The notes beneath the pieces are model-generated. The model was not told the origin of the DNA. It saw nothing but the letters and a program-made list of their open reading frames with translations, and ran no database searches. A DNA stretch of 63,993 nucleotides, counting the filler, from Dugesia japonica (taxonomy: Eukaryota), in NCBI GenBank assembly GCA_001938525.1. It is 6 parts of 6 records of this genome, joined end to end, with 100 filler letters (N's around TTAATTAATTAA, not from the genome) between each part and the next. Parts side by side here need not be neighbours in the genome. Positions count along the whole stretch, not along the records: positions 1 to 15,291 come from MQRL01233255.1; 5 more parts are not named here. One strand, given 5' to 3'. Shown here one piece after another: positions 1 to 12,807 of the stretch. A program made the translations under genes and the position numbers. Each line of letters opens with the position of its first letter. Positions within the stretch are counted from its first letter, which is position 1.

Positions 1-416
1 TTTAACTTCAGTTATTATTATTTTATAATCATTTCCTGATCATTTCATAGATTAATATTTCTTTTATTTCTTATCATTTTCCTATTCTTTTTTTTTAACC
101 TTTAATTTATTTCTTTTACTGTTTGTTTTTTATTATCACAAAATGCTGTTTCAGCCCAACACCTTAAATAAATTTATTTTTGATGTATAGAAATATAGTG
201 ACAGTCTTACACCTTATTAGCAATATTTTAGAAACAAGCTAAAGATGCCTTACCAGAAAGGTCGGATTCTAGCTGAATCAAAAGTTACTGAAAAATAGCT
301 AAAACTGTTCAGTATTTATACTGATTTTACATACGTAGGCTAAACACACATCAATGAATTGATCAAAATATAATTGTTGTTTTTATAATAAAATAATCAA
401 TATTTACAAACCATTC

Positions 417-641
417 AATAAAATTAATTGTTCAAATAAAATAGAATTATTATTTACAATAAAAATGTTCAAGAAATGAAATATATGTTCAGAATAAAAA
501 TTAATCACAAATAAAATTAATTGTTCAAATGTTCCAGAAATGAAATAAATGTTCAGAATAAAAATTAAATAAAAATTAATCACAAATAAAATTAATTGTT
601 CAAAATAACATAGAATTGTTATTCACATAAATATTCAAGAA
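417..641. repeat. Degenerate AT-rich tandem duplication
   Basis: AATAAAATTAATTGTTCAAA occurs three times. AGAAATGAAATA.ATGTTCAGAATAAAAATTAA occurs twice. Confidence 0.6.
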
Positions 642-1164
642 CTATCATAGACAAAGTTAAAACAATCACATATTATTGACTTTCCAGTTTATCGATCGGA
701 TCTTGAATTGGGTTGCATCGAATGTTGAAACAGAATTGATGTCCTTTTGACTCTCTTAGGTGTTGATTCGAATCTCATGTCCAAATTGATGTTTATGTCA
801 TGGTTTTTGCTGTGTTGTATTATGTAGATCTCAGATCTCAACATATATGTTAAACCACTCAGATGCTTCTTTTGATAAAATTATTGATTCTATTTATTCA
901 GATTAACAAACACTTTTGAATAAATAAAAGTATTTACTTTTAAACAAAAATAAAAATTAGCTCTTTCATACCTGCAAGCATTTTCAGTTCAACTATTCAA
1001 TCAAGTGAATTTGATTTAGAAGATGTAATTAAACATACTAAGCTAAAATAGTTAAATATTAAGAACACAAGTTAAATAATAAAATTACTAGTGAGATAAA
1101 TATTTCTAATGAATAATTTAAAACAACAATAAATAATCTTGATAACGTTTATGTAAATAAATCG

Positions 1165-1407
1165 TGTGAGAATTATATTTGAATTGTTTGATTACAAATT
1201 TATATGCACAATTAAAATATTTATAAAGTTGTTGGAATTTAAAATATTTCAAAAAAATAATTAAAATAATTATTGCGTATAATTTTTTGAATATTAAAAC
1301 TATTCTAATTCAATTTTTCAATTTATAAAAACTTTGTCATAAATAAATGTTTGATGAGAGTAGCGTTTTTCTTGCTAATATCGAAATCACGCTCAAACTT
1401 AGTAACA
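1165..1407 (+). repeat. 5' LTR of Gypsy element 1 (matched part 1165-1336; possible end ...GTAACA at 1407)
   Basis: Direct repeat of 4188-4359 with a TG start. The right boundary is inferred. Confidence 0.75.
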
Positions 1408-2099
1408 TATTTGTTACGCCCGAGGCCTTTCAATTTAAGCGGCAATCTTCCCAGATTCTTGAGATACGTCGGTCGATTCTTCAAAGTGGCTAAAATTACC
1501 AAAGATTTACAAGAGATTGTAATCGGTAAGATGATTGACTCAAAGCTTTAAGAAAGATATGAAGCATCAGAGAACAAAGTAAAGAGATATGAAGCTAGGC
1601 TACAACTACTGGTAGAAAGACCAAGAGACGTTTTTGAAGACCTAGAAAAATTCATTCGTTACAGACAGGGTGATACCGATAATGAGGTATTCTCCCACAA
1701 CGTAGAAAAAACTTTCCGATAAACTGCTTAGCCATAATCTGTCAAAATAGTCGTTAATATCAGCACTCCTGATAAACGCAACGGAACAGAAAAGGCAAAA
1801 AAAAGAGATTCTGATGAAAAAAGTTTCCAAACCGAAAGAAATAAAAGAAATAATCAGAGACGTTTCAAGAATCGCGAAAAAGACAGAAGTAATAATCGTG
1901 ATACGTAGCTACAAGAAAGCATTATACACGGAACCAAAATGAATGGCACCAAGGATGCAGGAACCAACCTACAAAAGGTCAAATACCACAAAATAATTCA
2001 GAACAAAGAATGTAAAATGTTGATATGTATCTAGAAAAAAGAACGCTACGGAAAGACAAAAATTTCCAATGCCAAATGTAGAAGAAATTCTAGATAGAT

Positions 2100-4180
2100 T
2101 ACGCGAGTCTAAATTCTTCAGCTCATTAGATTCAAGTTAAGCTAGAAGAAGAGTAAAAAAATAAAACAGCCTTTTCAAAAAGTTCAGGTCAATACTGCTT
2201 AAATAGAATGTCGTTTGAAATAGCTGCGGCGCCTAAGACATTCCAGGAACTCATGGCAAAGGTTTTAGATACAACAAAACGAACAACGGTGTATTTAGAT
2301 GATATTCTAATATAATCAAAAAACTTGGAAGAACATTATAAAACACTGAATGAAGTATTTAGTTATATACATCTAGCAGGACTACTTTTGACTCCGTCAA
2401 AATGTCAATTGCTAAGAAAATAGATCAAATTTTTGTGACACATCATAAGTGATAAAAAGTTTCTTGGAAATATGTTGCTATTACAGAGGATTCATAAAAA
2501 ATTACGCAGAGAAGGCTAGAGTACTAGAAAAACCGTGCAGTGTAAATAACAAGAAGTTAATATGGACGGAGAACTGTGAGCAATCATTCAGAGATATGAA
2601 AGAAGCGTTAACGAAGCTACCAATTTTAGTATTTCCGGATGTCAGAAGAGAATTCATACTGGATACAAATGCAAGCTACAATACAATTGGTTCCGTATTA
2701 TCACAAATTGACAATATTGGACAAGAAAAAGTCATAGAATATGGATCACACGCAATAAACAACCATGAATTGGGGTGTTGTATAACAAGAAAGAAGATGC
2801 TGGCGATATTCTATTTTTGTAACCATTTCAATCACTACTTATATGGGTGAAGATTCATTCTATGAACAGACCATAAAGCGATTACGTTTATGTTAACTAC
2901 GAAAAAACCTATAATGGCACAGTTTCAAAATTGGATCAATTACTTAAGTGGATTAGACATTGAATTACAGTATCTGTAAGGCGACAAACATTGCAATGCG
3001 GATTTTCTCTCAAGGCAGGCATGTGGCACATATGTACAATGATGTCACAGAAAGATCCTATAGGGAGCAAATTAAAAACGAGACGATTGAATACAATAAC
3101 AGAGACATCAAAATGGCAAAAATATAATGACGAGATATGAATAGTACGAGAACAGAACAAAGATGGTAAGGAAGAGAAATTCCAATGGATAGATGGTCTG
3201 ATATTAACACAAAACGAAAAGATTTGGATACCAACAGATAGAAAATCGGATATAATCAGAAAAATGCATCAGTTGCTAGCATACGCAGAAACCGAAAAAG
3301 TTGCCAAATATATTAGAGAACATTATGACATGAATAGGTTGTGGCGAAGTGTAAAGGAAATCGTGGACGGATGCAAAGCATATCAGCGTGTGAAGGTGGT
3401 AATAATTAAAACTAAAGAAGAAACTAAAAAATTCGAGTTGGCGAGGCTGTTTGAGAGAATATATATTAATATAGCAAGACCATGGCCAGAAACTTTCCAA
3501 AAAAAAAATATATCATGGTTATTATCGATCAGAATAGTAAATATATATATAATTGACAGCAACAGTAAAACAAGATGAAGAGTCAATAACTCGTGTATTA
3601 AAGGATAACTGGATATTAAAGTTAGGAGTTCCGAGAAATATTCATAAAGATTGTGGTAAAGTATTTGAATCTCAAAAAATGAAGAAATTTGCCGATGAGA
3701 TGAATATTAAACTATGTTTCTGAAGTCATTATCACCATAATACAAATAGACAGGTAGTAAGGCAATTTTGGACTATCATAGACTGGATTGAGGCATCAAT
3801 AGCAGACAGAAACGCAAGGAATTGGAAAAGAATTCTACCAAAAATTGAATTTGCGATGACTGCAACAGTTCAGAAAACCACAGGTAAAAGCCCGACAGAA
3901 ACGGTGTTTGGTAGAAAAATCAACAGAGAAAGATGGTTTTTACCTAGACTAGTTTTCCAACTAGAGTTCAAGAAGGTAGACAATATACCGATGGTTACGT
4001 ACCCAACCAGGAGAACATTGGCTATTAGAGATGCAGTGCTTATCAAGAAGGAAACAAGAAATAAGGATGAGGATCGTTTTGTAGGTCCATTCTGAGTAGC
4101 AAAAAAAATACATGACCGAAGATATCTGATTCGAGATGATCTGGGTTGGACAAATGAAAAGATCAGAAGATTTCTTAAAG
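2100..4180 (+). pseudogene. Gypsy pol remnant (RT-RNase H-integrase)
   Basis: Motifs YLDD, TDHKA, CITRK.MLAIFYFCNHF.HYLYG and integrase zinc-finger/core/GPF, spread over several frames. Confidence 0.88.
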
Positions 4181-4187
4181 AAGGTAA

Positions 4188-4359
4188 TGTGAGAATGATT
4201 TTTGAATTATTTGATTTCAAATTTATATGCGCAATTAAAATATTTATAAAGTTTTTGAAATTTAAAATATTTCAAGAAAATAATTAAAATAATTATTCAG
4301 TATATTTGTTTGAATATTAAAACTATTCTAATTCAGTTTTTCAATGTATAGAAACTTTG
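4188..4359 (+). repeat. 3' LTR (truncated) of Gypsy element 1
   Basis: Colinear match to 1165-1336. It follows the integrase end and a PPT-like AAAGAAGGTAA. Confidence 0.85.
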
Positions 4360-4489
4360 AAATGATAATTTTGTTGTAAATAATGAAAACTTTAAGAAAT
4401 ATGCTGATAAAATTAAAAAGGATCTTCTTCATTATAGAGATCACAGAACAAATTTTAAAATAGATTCATTAATTAGTAAAGTAAATATA

Positions 4490-4753
4490 ATGATCGAATC
4501 TAAAATATCAAAATTTAAAACTAAATTAGATAAAGAAATTAAAGATGAAATAGATAAAGAAATTAAATCTTTTAAAGATACAGTAAAACAAATTGAGTTA
4601 AAATCAAATGATAATGTTAATCAAGGTACATCTAATTCTTTTAAACAGAAGCAAGAAGCGACTCTAAAGAGCCTGCAAACAGAGTTTAGTGATAAATTTA
4701 ATAATATTAATTCACGATTACCTTCCTTTAATTATTTATATATGAACTTTTAA
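4490..4753 (+). pseudogene. Coiled-coil ORF fragment, probably a P1 gene
   Basis: K/E-rich heptad-like ORF. Its position upstream of the TM ORF mirrors the P2 coiled-coil ORF at 28272. Confidence 0.35.
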
Positions 4754-4961
4754 TAAAGATTTTTTAAGAAGAATTAATTTAATAAAGCAACTTGTAAAAT
4801 TTTATAATTTTAAAATAAAATTTTGGTTATCAACTAAGTTTCCTTTTGGTGAAGATTTAAGATGAAGATTTAAGTGGTATAACTATAAAAGTTAAACCTG
4901 AATTAAGATTAAGAAATAAGATAGTTGGATTTAAAGCAGATGCAAGTGCCCCTTTAATCCA

Positions 4962-5166
4962 TGTTAGTTACTGATAAACTTTCTGAAAAGTCTATTAAAT
5001 TCAATAAATTTTTATTTATAACATCAAATTTTAAATCTTCAAAAAACTATGTTTTTAAAAGCTGAATATTTAAACAAACATTTTAAATATTTTAAAAACT
5101 TCTTGAAATCTTTTATAACGTTTTCTTTAAACTTTAAATTGCAATTTTCAACTTTTAATCCTTACA
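4962..5166 (-). repeat. 3' LTR of Gypsy element 2
   Basis: TG...CA ends with short imperfect terminal inverted repeats. It adjoins the PPT and the integrase stop. Confidence 0.7.
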
Positions 5167-7281
5167 TACCCCTCAATTAAAAGAATTTGTAAGCTTTTAC
5201 GTTCCTTTCTAGCTTTAATCCATTTGTATTTCGTATACGATATCTTCTCTCATGTACCTTATCCGTGATCCTGTATGGACCAGCATATATTTCATTGTCT
5301 TTTGTTTTAGTTTCTAGTTTTATCAATACTTCGTCTCCCACTTGAAATTGCCTTATTGTAGATGTTTCTTCGTTCGACTCTTTGTCATCTATTTGGCTGT
5401 TGAACCATTGTTCTCTGTGAATTCTCCTCCAGAATACTAATTCTGCTAGTGATATCCCCAATATCCTTTGCCTTGTCACATTCATCATGCATTCAATATC
5501 AGGTATTGTGTTACTCCAATCCTTTCTTCTATCTTCCTCTGCGGCTGCGTTAATTCAGTCTCTAATAATGCGGAATTGTCCCTCTATAATTTTGTTTGTA
5601 TTATGATGGTACGTACTTGAAAAGTGTATTTTTATTTTCATCAATTACATCAGATTCTTGAAGTTTTTCAATTCAAATGTCTTGCCACTGTCTACGTGAA
5701 CTTCTCTTGGTGCTCCAAGTTTCAGGATATATTTTTCCCTTATCACTGTTTTAATTGTCTCATCATCTTGCATGCTGATTGCTGTTAGGCTTAGGTATCG
5801 ACTGTATTGGTCTATTATTCCACATATATATCTTTGTATGTTTACAGTCTCTTGAAAAGGCCATATATATGTCCATATATGTACATATATATCTTTTAAA
5901 ATATCTTTTGTTGCCACCGTATTAACTTTATTCTTTTGACACGCTTCACACGGTTTTATCACTTCTTTGATTATCTTCTTCAGTTCTTTCATGTCGTATT
6001 TATTGATTATATAGATGATCATTTTCTCTGTCATTGCATGTATTAACAATGTATGCTTCTCTTTGATCATTGATATTCTTTTCTCATTTGAAATCCAAAT
6101 TTTTGCATCATTTGTTTTCACTGTATTACTTTCGACTCTATACTTTGAATCCTTTTCCTTTTGAATATCTCGTTTGATTAGTTTAATTTCCTCTATTTCT
6201 TCATGCCATTTACATATCTCTATCTTTATAATCTGATTTATCTGTCTTGTTTTCATCTTACCCATCTTTGAATCTTCATGTTGCATTTGACATTGAGTGC
6301 ACGTTCCACCTTTCATTCTTGAGAGCATATCTGCGTTTGCGTGTTTTTCGCTTTGTCTATAAATTAGTTCCATGTCTAAGCTGCTAAGGTAATTCATCCA
6401 TGTCTGGAATTGAGGTGTTATCGGTTTTTTCGTCTTTTTCATGAATACGATGGCTTTGTGATCTGTTCTCGTTATAAATTATTTTCATACAATGTTTAAA
6501 GTGGTTGCAGAAGTAGTAAATTGCTAGCAATTCCTTCCGTGTGGTACAGTAACCCTTCTCATGTGATGCCATACATGTAAGCTGTAAGCAATCACTCTTT
6601 CTCTTCCGTCATCATCATTTTGTGATAGNNNNNNNNNNNNNNNNNNNNNNNNNNNNNNNNNNNNNNNNNNNNNNNNNNNNNNNNNNNNNNNNNNNNNNNN
6701 NNNNNNNNNNNNNNNNNNNNNNNNNNNNNNNNNNNNNNNNNNNNNNNNNNNNNNNNNNNNNNNNNNNNNNNNNNNNNNNNNNNNNNNNNNNNNNNNNNNN
6801 NNNNNNNNTTGATTTCTTTGAATAATTCTTGATGAATCTTCTGTAATAATTGCATATTCCGAGGAAGCTTCTCAGGTTCTTTACGCATTAGAGTTTCTCA
6901 AAATGTTTGATAGCTTTGATTTTCATTGGATCTGTTCGAATTCCTTCTTTATTTATTATGCGACCAAGAAATTTCACTTCTTTGCGTAATAGGTGACATT
7001 TTTCTGGATTCGCTCGCAACCCTGCCGTTTGGATCTGCTCTAATACCTGATTCAGAGTTATATAATATTTTTTAGTCCTTCTGAGAATATCATTCTGTCA
7101 TCCATATACACAATTGCTCCATCTAGACCGTCCAATACTTTTGTTATTAGTTCTTGAAATGTTCCTTAGGCTGCTGCTATGCCAAATGACATTCTTGTGA
7201 AGCAATATTGACCATTTTTGTCGAAAAGGTTGTTTTCTCTTGTGACTCTTTTTCTAACGGTACTTGGTAATACGCGTTTCC
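4962..7281 (-). mobile_element. Ty3/Gypsy retrotransposon 2, 5'-truncated within RT
   Basis: The 3' LTR (4962-5166) reads TGTAAG...CTAACA on the minus strand and is preceded by PPT GAGGGGTA. Integrase is in ORFs 5177-5488 and 5645-6442, and RNase H in 6384-6572. RT motifs VYMDD (~7100) and GNAYYQVPL (~7255-7281) are present. Confidence 0.9.
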
Positions 7282-7677
7282 CTCGTCAACCCCATCCTAA
7301 TTTAGTATTCATAGAAAAGAAAAGAAATCAAATTATTCTTAACCAACGTAAAGCAGCACTTGTGCAATTCATTGCTATAAAAAAGGATTTTGAATTTGAT
7401 AAACTAGTTATAGGAGATAAATATACAAGTGGTTTCATTTATGAATGTTTTTCTTATGAACTTGATAACGATAAATTAACTAATAACTCATTATATCAAA
7501 ATTTATTTTTCAATAGTATAGAAACAAGAGGTACTCGTAATATTAATAATAATAAAAATGAAACAAAAGACAAATATAGCGAGTCTAGCTCTATGAAGGA
7601 AGTCAGGTCTAAGGCTTAGCCTGAAACAATTAGAAAATCAAAATATTATTAAATAATTAAAAAATATTATTTTAAAA

Positions 7678-8352
7678 ATGGAGTGAGAATATAATCATAT
7701 TTATCCTGATATAAATGAAGTAGATAATATTGGTAAAGATTTAGATCAACTAATAAGATCTTTATAATCTTTAGCGGATTATAAGACCAAACATAAAACA
7801 TTAAGAATTAAAGATTTTGAAAATGATTTAACATTCTTAACTGATAAAATAAATCATTATAATAAGTTTTATAGAAGAAGGAAAATATTTTATACATGTG
7901 TAAGTTATATTGATATTTTAATAGGAACTTTATTTGGTGCAGCAGGTATAACATTAACCGTTTTGGCTACAAGTGGTATAATTATTTTAACTTTACCTAC
8001 TATTTTAATTAGTACATTTCCTGTAACAAATTCAATAATTCATGGTGTATTAAGNNNNNNNNNNNNATCGGTTTATTTAAAAGAAGAAATATAATGATTT
8101 AATTAAAGAATTAGTAAAAATAAATTATTTCTATATCATCAGAAATGTTAACATGATAATATTTTAACTGATAAAGAAATAAATACTAGTAAAACAATTN
8201 NNNNNNNNNNNNNNNNNNNNNNNNNNNNNNNNNNNNNNNNNNNNNNNNNNNNNNATAATAAAGAAAAAGACAATACTTTTTTATTAACAAAGCTAAAAGA
8301 AATGGAAACTTTATTGAATCAACTGACACCAAAAGTACGAAAGAAACTATTA
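7678..8352 (+). pseudogene. Polinton hydrophobic (TM) protein remnant, paralogue of 29527-30090
   Basis: IYPD...LRIKDFENDLTFLTDKINHYNK plus a hydrophobic G/I/T-rich segment matches LYPD...LRIKDLENDLYFINDKIKHYKK of P2. In-frame stops are present. Confidence 0.8.
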
Positions 8353-8651
8353 TAGAAATAGATTATGATTGTTTTTGTTAGGTAATTTTAAAAATTCGTA
8401 AATATTTTTAAAATTTAATGCAATGAGGTTTTTCATTAAAATCAATGTTTAATTAGTTTAAATTTTTTAATGTAAATTTCATATTTAACTGTAAAGCTTT
8501 ATAAAAATATTTATTTACAAAAGTTTTAAATGTAAATATTTAGTGAAAAGTTTAATAATTGGATTTTATCGTTTGAACTGAAGAAAACAAATAAACCTAA
8601 CAGTTTTTATTGTAAAAATTTAAAAATCAATTATAAAAATTAATTATAAAA

Positions 8652-8894
8652 ATGGATGAGTTTATTGAAGAAATAACTAATACAGATGAGTTTAAAAATA
8701 AAATAAAAGATCAATTTGATAAAGTTCATCAGCTATATATAATTAATAACGCTGAATTATATTTAGATCTTTTTATTAAAAGCAAACAATACATACATTG
8801 TATTGAAATAATTGGCAATACTATTTATGAGTTAGGTAAAGAAAATAATAAATTAATAGAAGAAAATACAATATTAACTGATCAACTAAATTAA
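8652..8894 (+). CDS. Small hypothetical Polinton accessory protein (80 aa)
   Basis: Open ATG ORF with an AAAATG start context, between the TM ORF and pPolB. No motif recognised. Confidence 0.4.
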   Translation: MDEFIEEITNTDEFKNKIKDQFDKVHQLYIINNAELYLDLFIKSKQYIHCIEIIGNTIYELGKENNKLIEENTILTDQLN

Positions 8895-8976
8895 AATATA
8901 CAATAACTATCTAATAATTTTTTTATCATTTCTATTGTCTGAAAAATAATTCAATCTACTTTCATTATCAATATAT

Positions 8977-9324
8977 TTAATTAACATATTCATTCGCGAA
9001 ATATTCCCTGCAGAATTTTACTATTAACCATAATAATTCTTTATTGTTTTTATACTTGTTTATATATTCTTTTAATTTTTTATTCTTGAATATCATAAAA
9101 TTAAATACAACATTATCATAATCAATAATAGATTTAAATTCTTCAATATTATTTATTAAGTAAAATAAGTCTTCACAATTATCTTTATACTTTGAAAATA
9201 TATTCATTACTTTTTCATCATCTTTGTAGTTAATAATGAAATTTATTAACATATTTATGCTTTTTTCTATGTTAAAAAAACTTGGAATTTGAGTCCGCCT
9301 GTCCGCCTGAGTCTGTCTGACCAT
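8977..9324 (-). CDS. Small hypothetical Polinton accessory protein
   Basis: Open ORF convergent with 8652-8894. The true start is probably an internal Met. No motif recognised. Confidence 0.35.
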   Translation of the reverse strand: MVRQTQADRRTQIPSFFNIEKSINMLINFIINYKDDEKVMNIFSKYKDNCEDLFYLINNIEEFKSIIDYDNVVFNFMIFKNKKLKEYINKYKNNKELLWLIVKFCREYFANEYVN

Positions 9325-9964
9325 CTTAGTCTGTGTTAAGAAACTCAGAGCCTGACTAGAGTTTATCGGAGTTTGTTCAGAGTTGTTTAGACTCTGAACA
9401 CACTAGTTCAGAATCTGAACAGAGTTGCTTGGAGACTGTTTTCCTAAATCTTTAAAATAAGCAGAGTTGTATTGACTCGGATCTAAGTTATTAGAAAGAT
9501 TTACTTGTTCATTTAGAATTTAACTATATGTTTCTGTTGAATATTCATTTTTTTTAAAGATGGATTATTAATAATTAAATCAAAATTATTTGTCAATTGT
9601 GATTGAAACGAAGCACGACTATTTAAACAATTAAGTTCTTCATCAGTAAATCAAATTATTTTTGATTCTTCAATATCAATTAATTGTGTTTTATTATTTT
9701 CTAGATATTAAATAAAAGGTTGAATTCCTTTTTGAAAATATAATGTTTTTAATAATATAATACTTGATTTTAAAAATGCAATATATAAATGCTATGTTGC
9801 TTTCTTCATTTGTACTCCTGATTGTTGTGAATAGATTTCTAAGAATTGAGGAATAGTGGGATGAACACTTGGATAAAAAAATTTAAAAATCTTTTATTTT
9901 ATTATGTATTTGTTTAAAAGTATATTTTACTTGAGGCATTTTTATAAATTAAATTTTATAAATA

Positions 9965-11505
9965 ATTTCCATAGCAATATGGGCTGTTCATTATATTATT
10001 TTAATAAAATCTTTTATCATCATATGAATTTAAAAATTTTTTATTTTGTTTTATTGTATAAACATTATGTTATTTTGATCTAATATTATAATTAACATTA
10101 TATTGTAAATTACCGTTCTTTATTGCATCTTTGTAATTACTCATATGTTTTTCTTTATCAACAACAATTTTACTTGTTCTTTTATTTTTTTTTCTCACTA
10201 TTATTTTCATTTACAAAACAATAAGATTTGGATTTTAAAGCACAAACTTCTTTCATTGATTTACCTCCTAATTCACCTGTAAAATTACTTTTTATGCTTA
10301 TTTAAATCTTCAGGAGTTAATTGTAATTCTTTTGCAGCAGTACTATTTATATTATAATTACTAAAATCGAATATTTCTTTTAAATTCTTTTCTCTTATAT
10401 AAATCACTTGATTTAATTTTAAACACCCAAGATTCCGTATCTGAATATATTGGCGTGATATCAAATTTAGGATTTTATTCTTCATAAAAAGTTTTATACA
10501 TATATAACTTTGTTAATTCTAATATAACAAATCTAATGTAAATTGGTATATTCATTTGTATTTATTTCTTTGTAAAATGAGAAGCACATAGATTTTCATC
10601 AAATTGTTTTAAACTTTTAAATGTTTTCCTTAAAATAAAGAAAATGTTTTGATCAAAATAAAATGCATTTGTAAAAATGTTCAAATTTTCGACAATAGTC
10701 TTCTTCAGGAACATTTGACATGTTGGTTTAGAAGTTCTTGTTATAAATTGTTCTGGTGTATTAACTAAGTCTATGTTTTTTATTAATCTTATATTCTCCA
10801 TTATTTTACCTAAGAAACGGTTATTCATTAATTTCCACAAATCATTCTCAAAGTCAGTTGTAGCTACAGTTTATTTCTTGTATTATACTCTATGTAATGT
10901 TTTAACTATGGTTTTTTTCTAAACGAAACTACTTTGTGTGTCTTTGTTACAACCATTCCTCTTTGAATATAATATTCTAGATTTTTCCAATATACAAAGT
11001 ATTTTTTTGGATTTAAATCTAAAACTAATTTTTCTGTCTCAATAAACTTTTGTCTTGATTGATTTAATAAAATATTTTGATAATCAGATAATTCATTTAT
11101 TTTTATCTTTCTTTTTTTCTGGAGCTAATAGATATTTCCTATTGGCTAATTTTGCTGCATCATCTTTATATTGTATATTCACTTTAAAAGCATAACCTAC
11201 ATTAAACTCGTTATTATGTATTTCTTTAGCTTTATTAACCATAAATTGTAATGTTTGTACTGTATTTCGATTCATACAAGCTTCTCTCCTGGCTAGTTCT
11301 AAATTATTCTAAGGTAAAGGTTGACTCAATGAATGACCGTATAAATTATTTGCATCAATATATAATAGAAAAATTGATTCTAAACACTCTTGTATATTTT
11401 CCACACATTTTAAAATCATTTAATATATTTTAAAATTCTATTTCATCTGGATAACTATAATATTCAAAATCTCTATTAGTATATTTATTATTTGCTTTAA
11501 CATAT
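9965..11505 (-). pseudogene. Protein-primed family B DNA polymerase (P1), C-terminal part, frameshifted
   Basis: Motif A IDANNLYGHSLSQPLP (~11310-11357), motif B KLMNN.FLGK.MENIR (10562-10840), motif C YSDTES (~10430-10450), and MKEVCALKSKSY. Confidence 0.9.
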
Positions 11506-12107
11506 CTATCTCCTAGTACCATATAGATTACTTCTCTTACAAATACGCTTAGCAAAATCCGTTATTCTTTCTCCTCGATACTGCATTAATTCAAGTATCG
11601 GCATAGCTTGGTTAATTTTTGATGTTTTAATATCCAGTAAATTGATAAAATGCTTTTCCAAGTAATTGATATCTACCTTTGTACTCTCAAAGCTTGGATC
11701 ACATTTTATTTCCTTCATCAAGTTGTCGTCAAAATATTTACTAAATATAGTAATTCTCTCTTCTGCGGTGATGCTTCAAGCATCAAATAAATTTATAAAT
11801 TCCATGACGTTTTTTAGATGTTCTCAAATATTGACTATGCTTTCATTGTTCTTTCTGAACTTGAACAACTTAGCTTCCTTTTCTCAAACATAAATTTCTG
11901 CAGGAAAAGTTTCTGCTCATTTGACGCCATGTTATACAAATGTAGATATTAAATAATAAGATATTTAACAAGTTAAAATTATATTTCATAAAATAGCAAT
12001 ATTAAAACAAATCAAATTCTCTTAAATACTTTGAATATTTAATTTTAAATATTCAATAATTTGAATTTAGATATATTTAAATATTATCATAATTTAAATA
12101 TGTCACA
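11506..12107 (-). mobile_element. Gypsy 5' fragment (LTR, PBS and gag start) inserted in the P1 pPolB
   Basis: An LTR-like segment 12107-11930 (TGTGACA...TAACA) is followed directly by a PBS-like TGGCGTCAAATGAGCAG, then a gag-like ORF remnant. Confidence 0.65.
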
Positions 12108-12500
12108 TAAAGAATGCGACTGGATTAATACATCCTGTTCTAAAGTATTTCTATTTTCTAATTCTACATTAATCAATAGATAATTTCTTTTCATGTAAAT
12201 GGTGCAAAAGATTATAAATTTGAATTTTTTGTAAGGACAGTGTTCTATTTTATCCCTCATTGTATTTTCAAAATTGGATAAATTGGTATTTATATTATTA
12301 GTTAAAAATAAAACATAAGCTATACTTTCTTTAAAATAANNNGGGTGAACATTTATTGTGTTTAATCTATTAATCTCCCGTTCTTCTCGATAACATCTAT
12401 GCAGTTCTTGTCAATTTAGACGAGGGTTGAATCTATTAATTCTATTTTTCTGAATAATTGGAGGTAAATTAGGATTATTATTTCTTCCTAGCGCTGGCAT
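12108..12500 (-). pseudogene. Probable N-terminal remnant of the P1 pPolB
   Basis: Lies between the LTR insertion and the terminus. There is an ATG at ~12500 (MPALGRNNNPNLPP). The sequence is decayed. Confidence 0.4.
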
Positions 12501-12579
12501 GTCTTTTGTTATTATTTAAAGAAATTTTTTATTATTATTTTCATTATTTTTTTAAAATAATGTAATTTTACTGAAGCGT

Positions 12580-12807
12580 AGTAGTCTCAAAATGGATGGA
12601 ATTGGCCTTGTGGCGGGCTTTTTTTATTTTGAGCCGCTCTTAAATGATTATTGTTAAATTTAATTTTTTAAAATTTTTTGAAATTCTTTTTTTAATTCAA
12701 ATTCTCAATCTTTGTGGGGCGAAAAACCTTAAAATGTGATCATTTTGAGTGAGGCAAAACATGAACAAAAATCGAATAGGGTTGATTCCACCAATTTTGA
12801 GACTACT
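12580..12807. repeat. Polinton terminus with an internal inverted copy
   Basis: 12580-12602 reads AGTAGTCTCAAAATGGATGGAAT. The reverse complement of 12785-12807 reads AGTAGTCTCAAAATTGGTGGAAT. AGTAGT is a typical Polinton end. Confidence 0.8.

Larger units (their letters stand above)
1165..4359 (+). mobile_element. Ty3/Gypsy LTR retrotransposon, decayed and internally deleted, with both LTRs partly present
   Basis: A 172-bp direct repeat starting TGTGAG lies at 1165-1336 and 4188-4359, and a purine tract precedes the 3' copy. RT motif VYLDD is at ~2289. RNase H (ORF 2449-2850, DTNAS...GSVLSQ) and integrase fragments (3264-4095) carry many stops and frameshifts. Confidence 0.9.
4360..12807. 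mobile_element. Polinton/Maverick remnant P1 (right half), interrupted by two Gypsy insertions
   Basis: The TM ORF is homologous to P2 ORF 29527-30090. A minus-strand pPolB has motifs A, B and C. The terminus ...GAGACTACT is at 12807. The left boundary is uncertain. Confidence 0.75.

Noticed and set aside
7218-7619. 133-aa ORF with a signal-peptide-like start
   Set aside because: It is a chimera. The first ~21 codons are antisense Gypsy RT, fused by truncation to a probable Polinton fragment.
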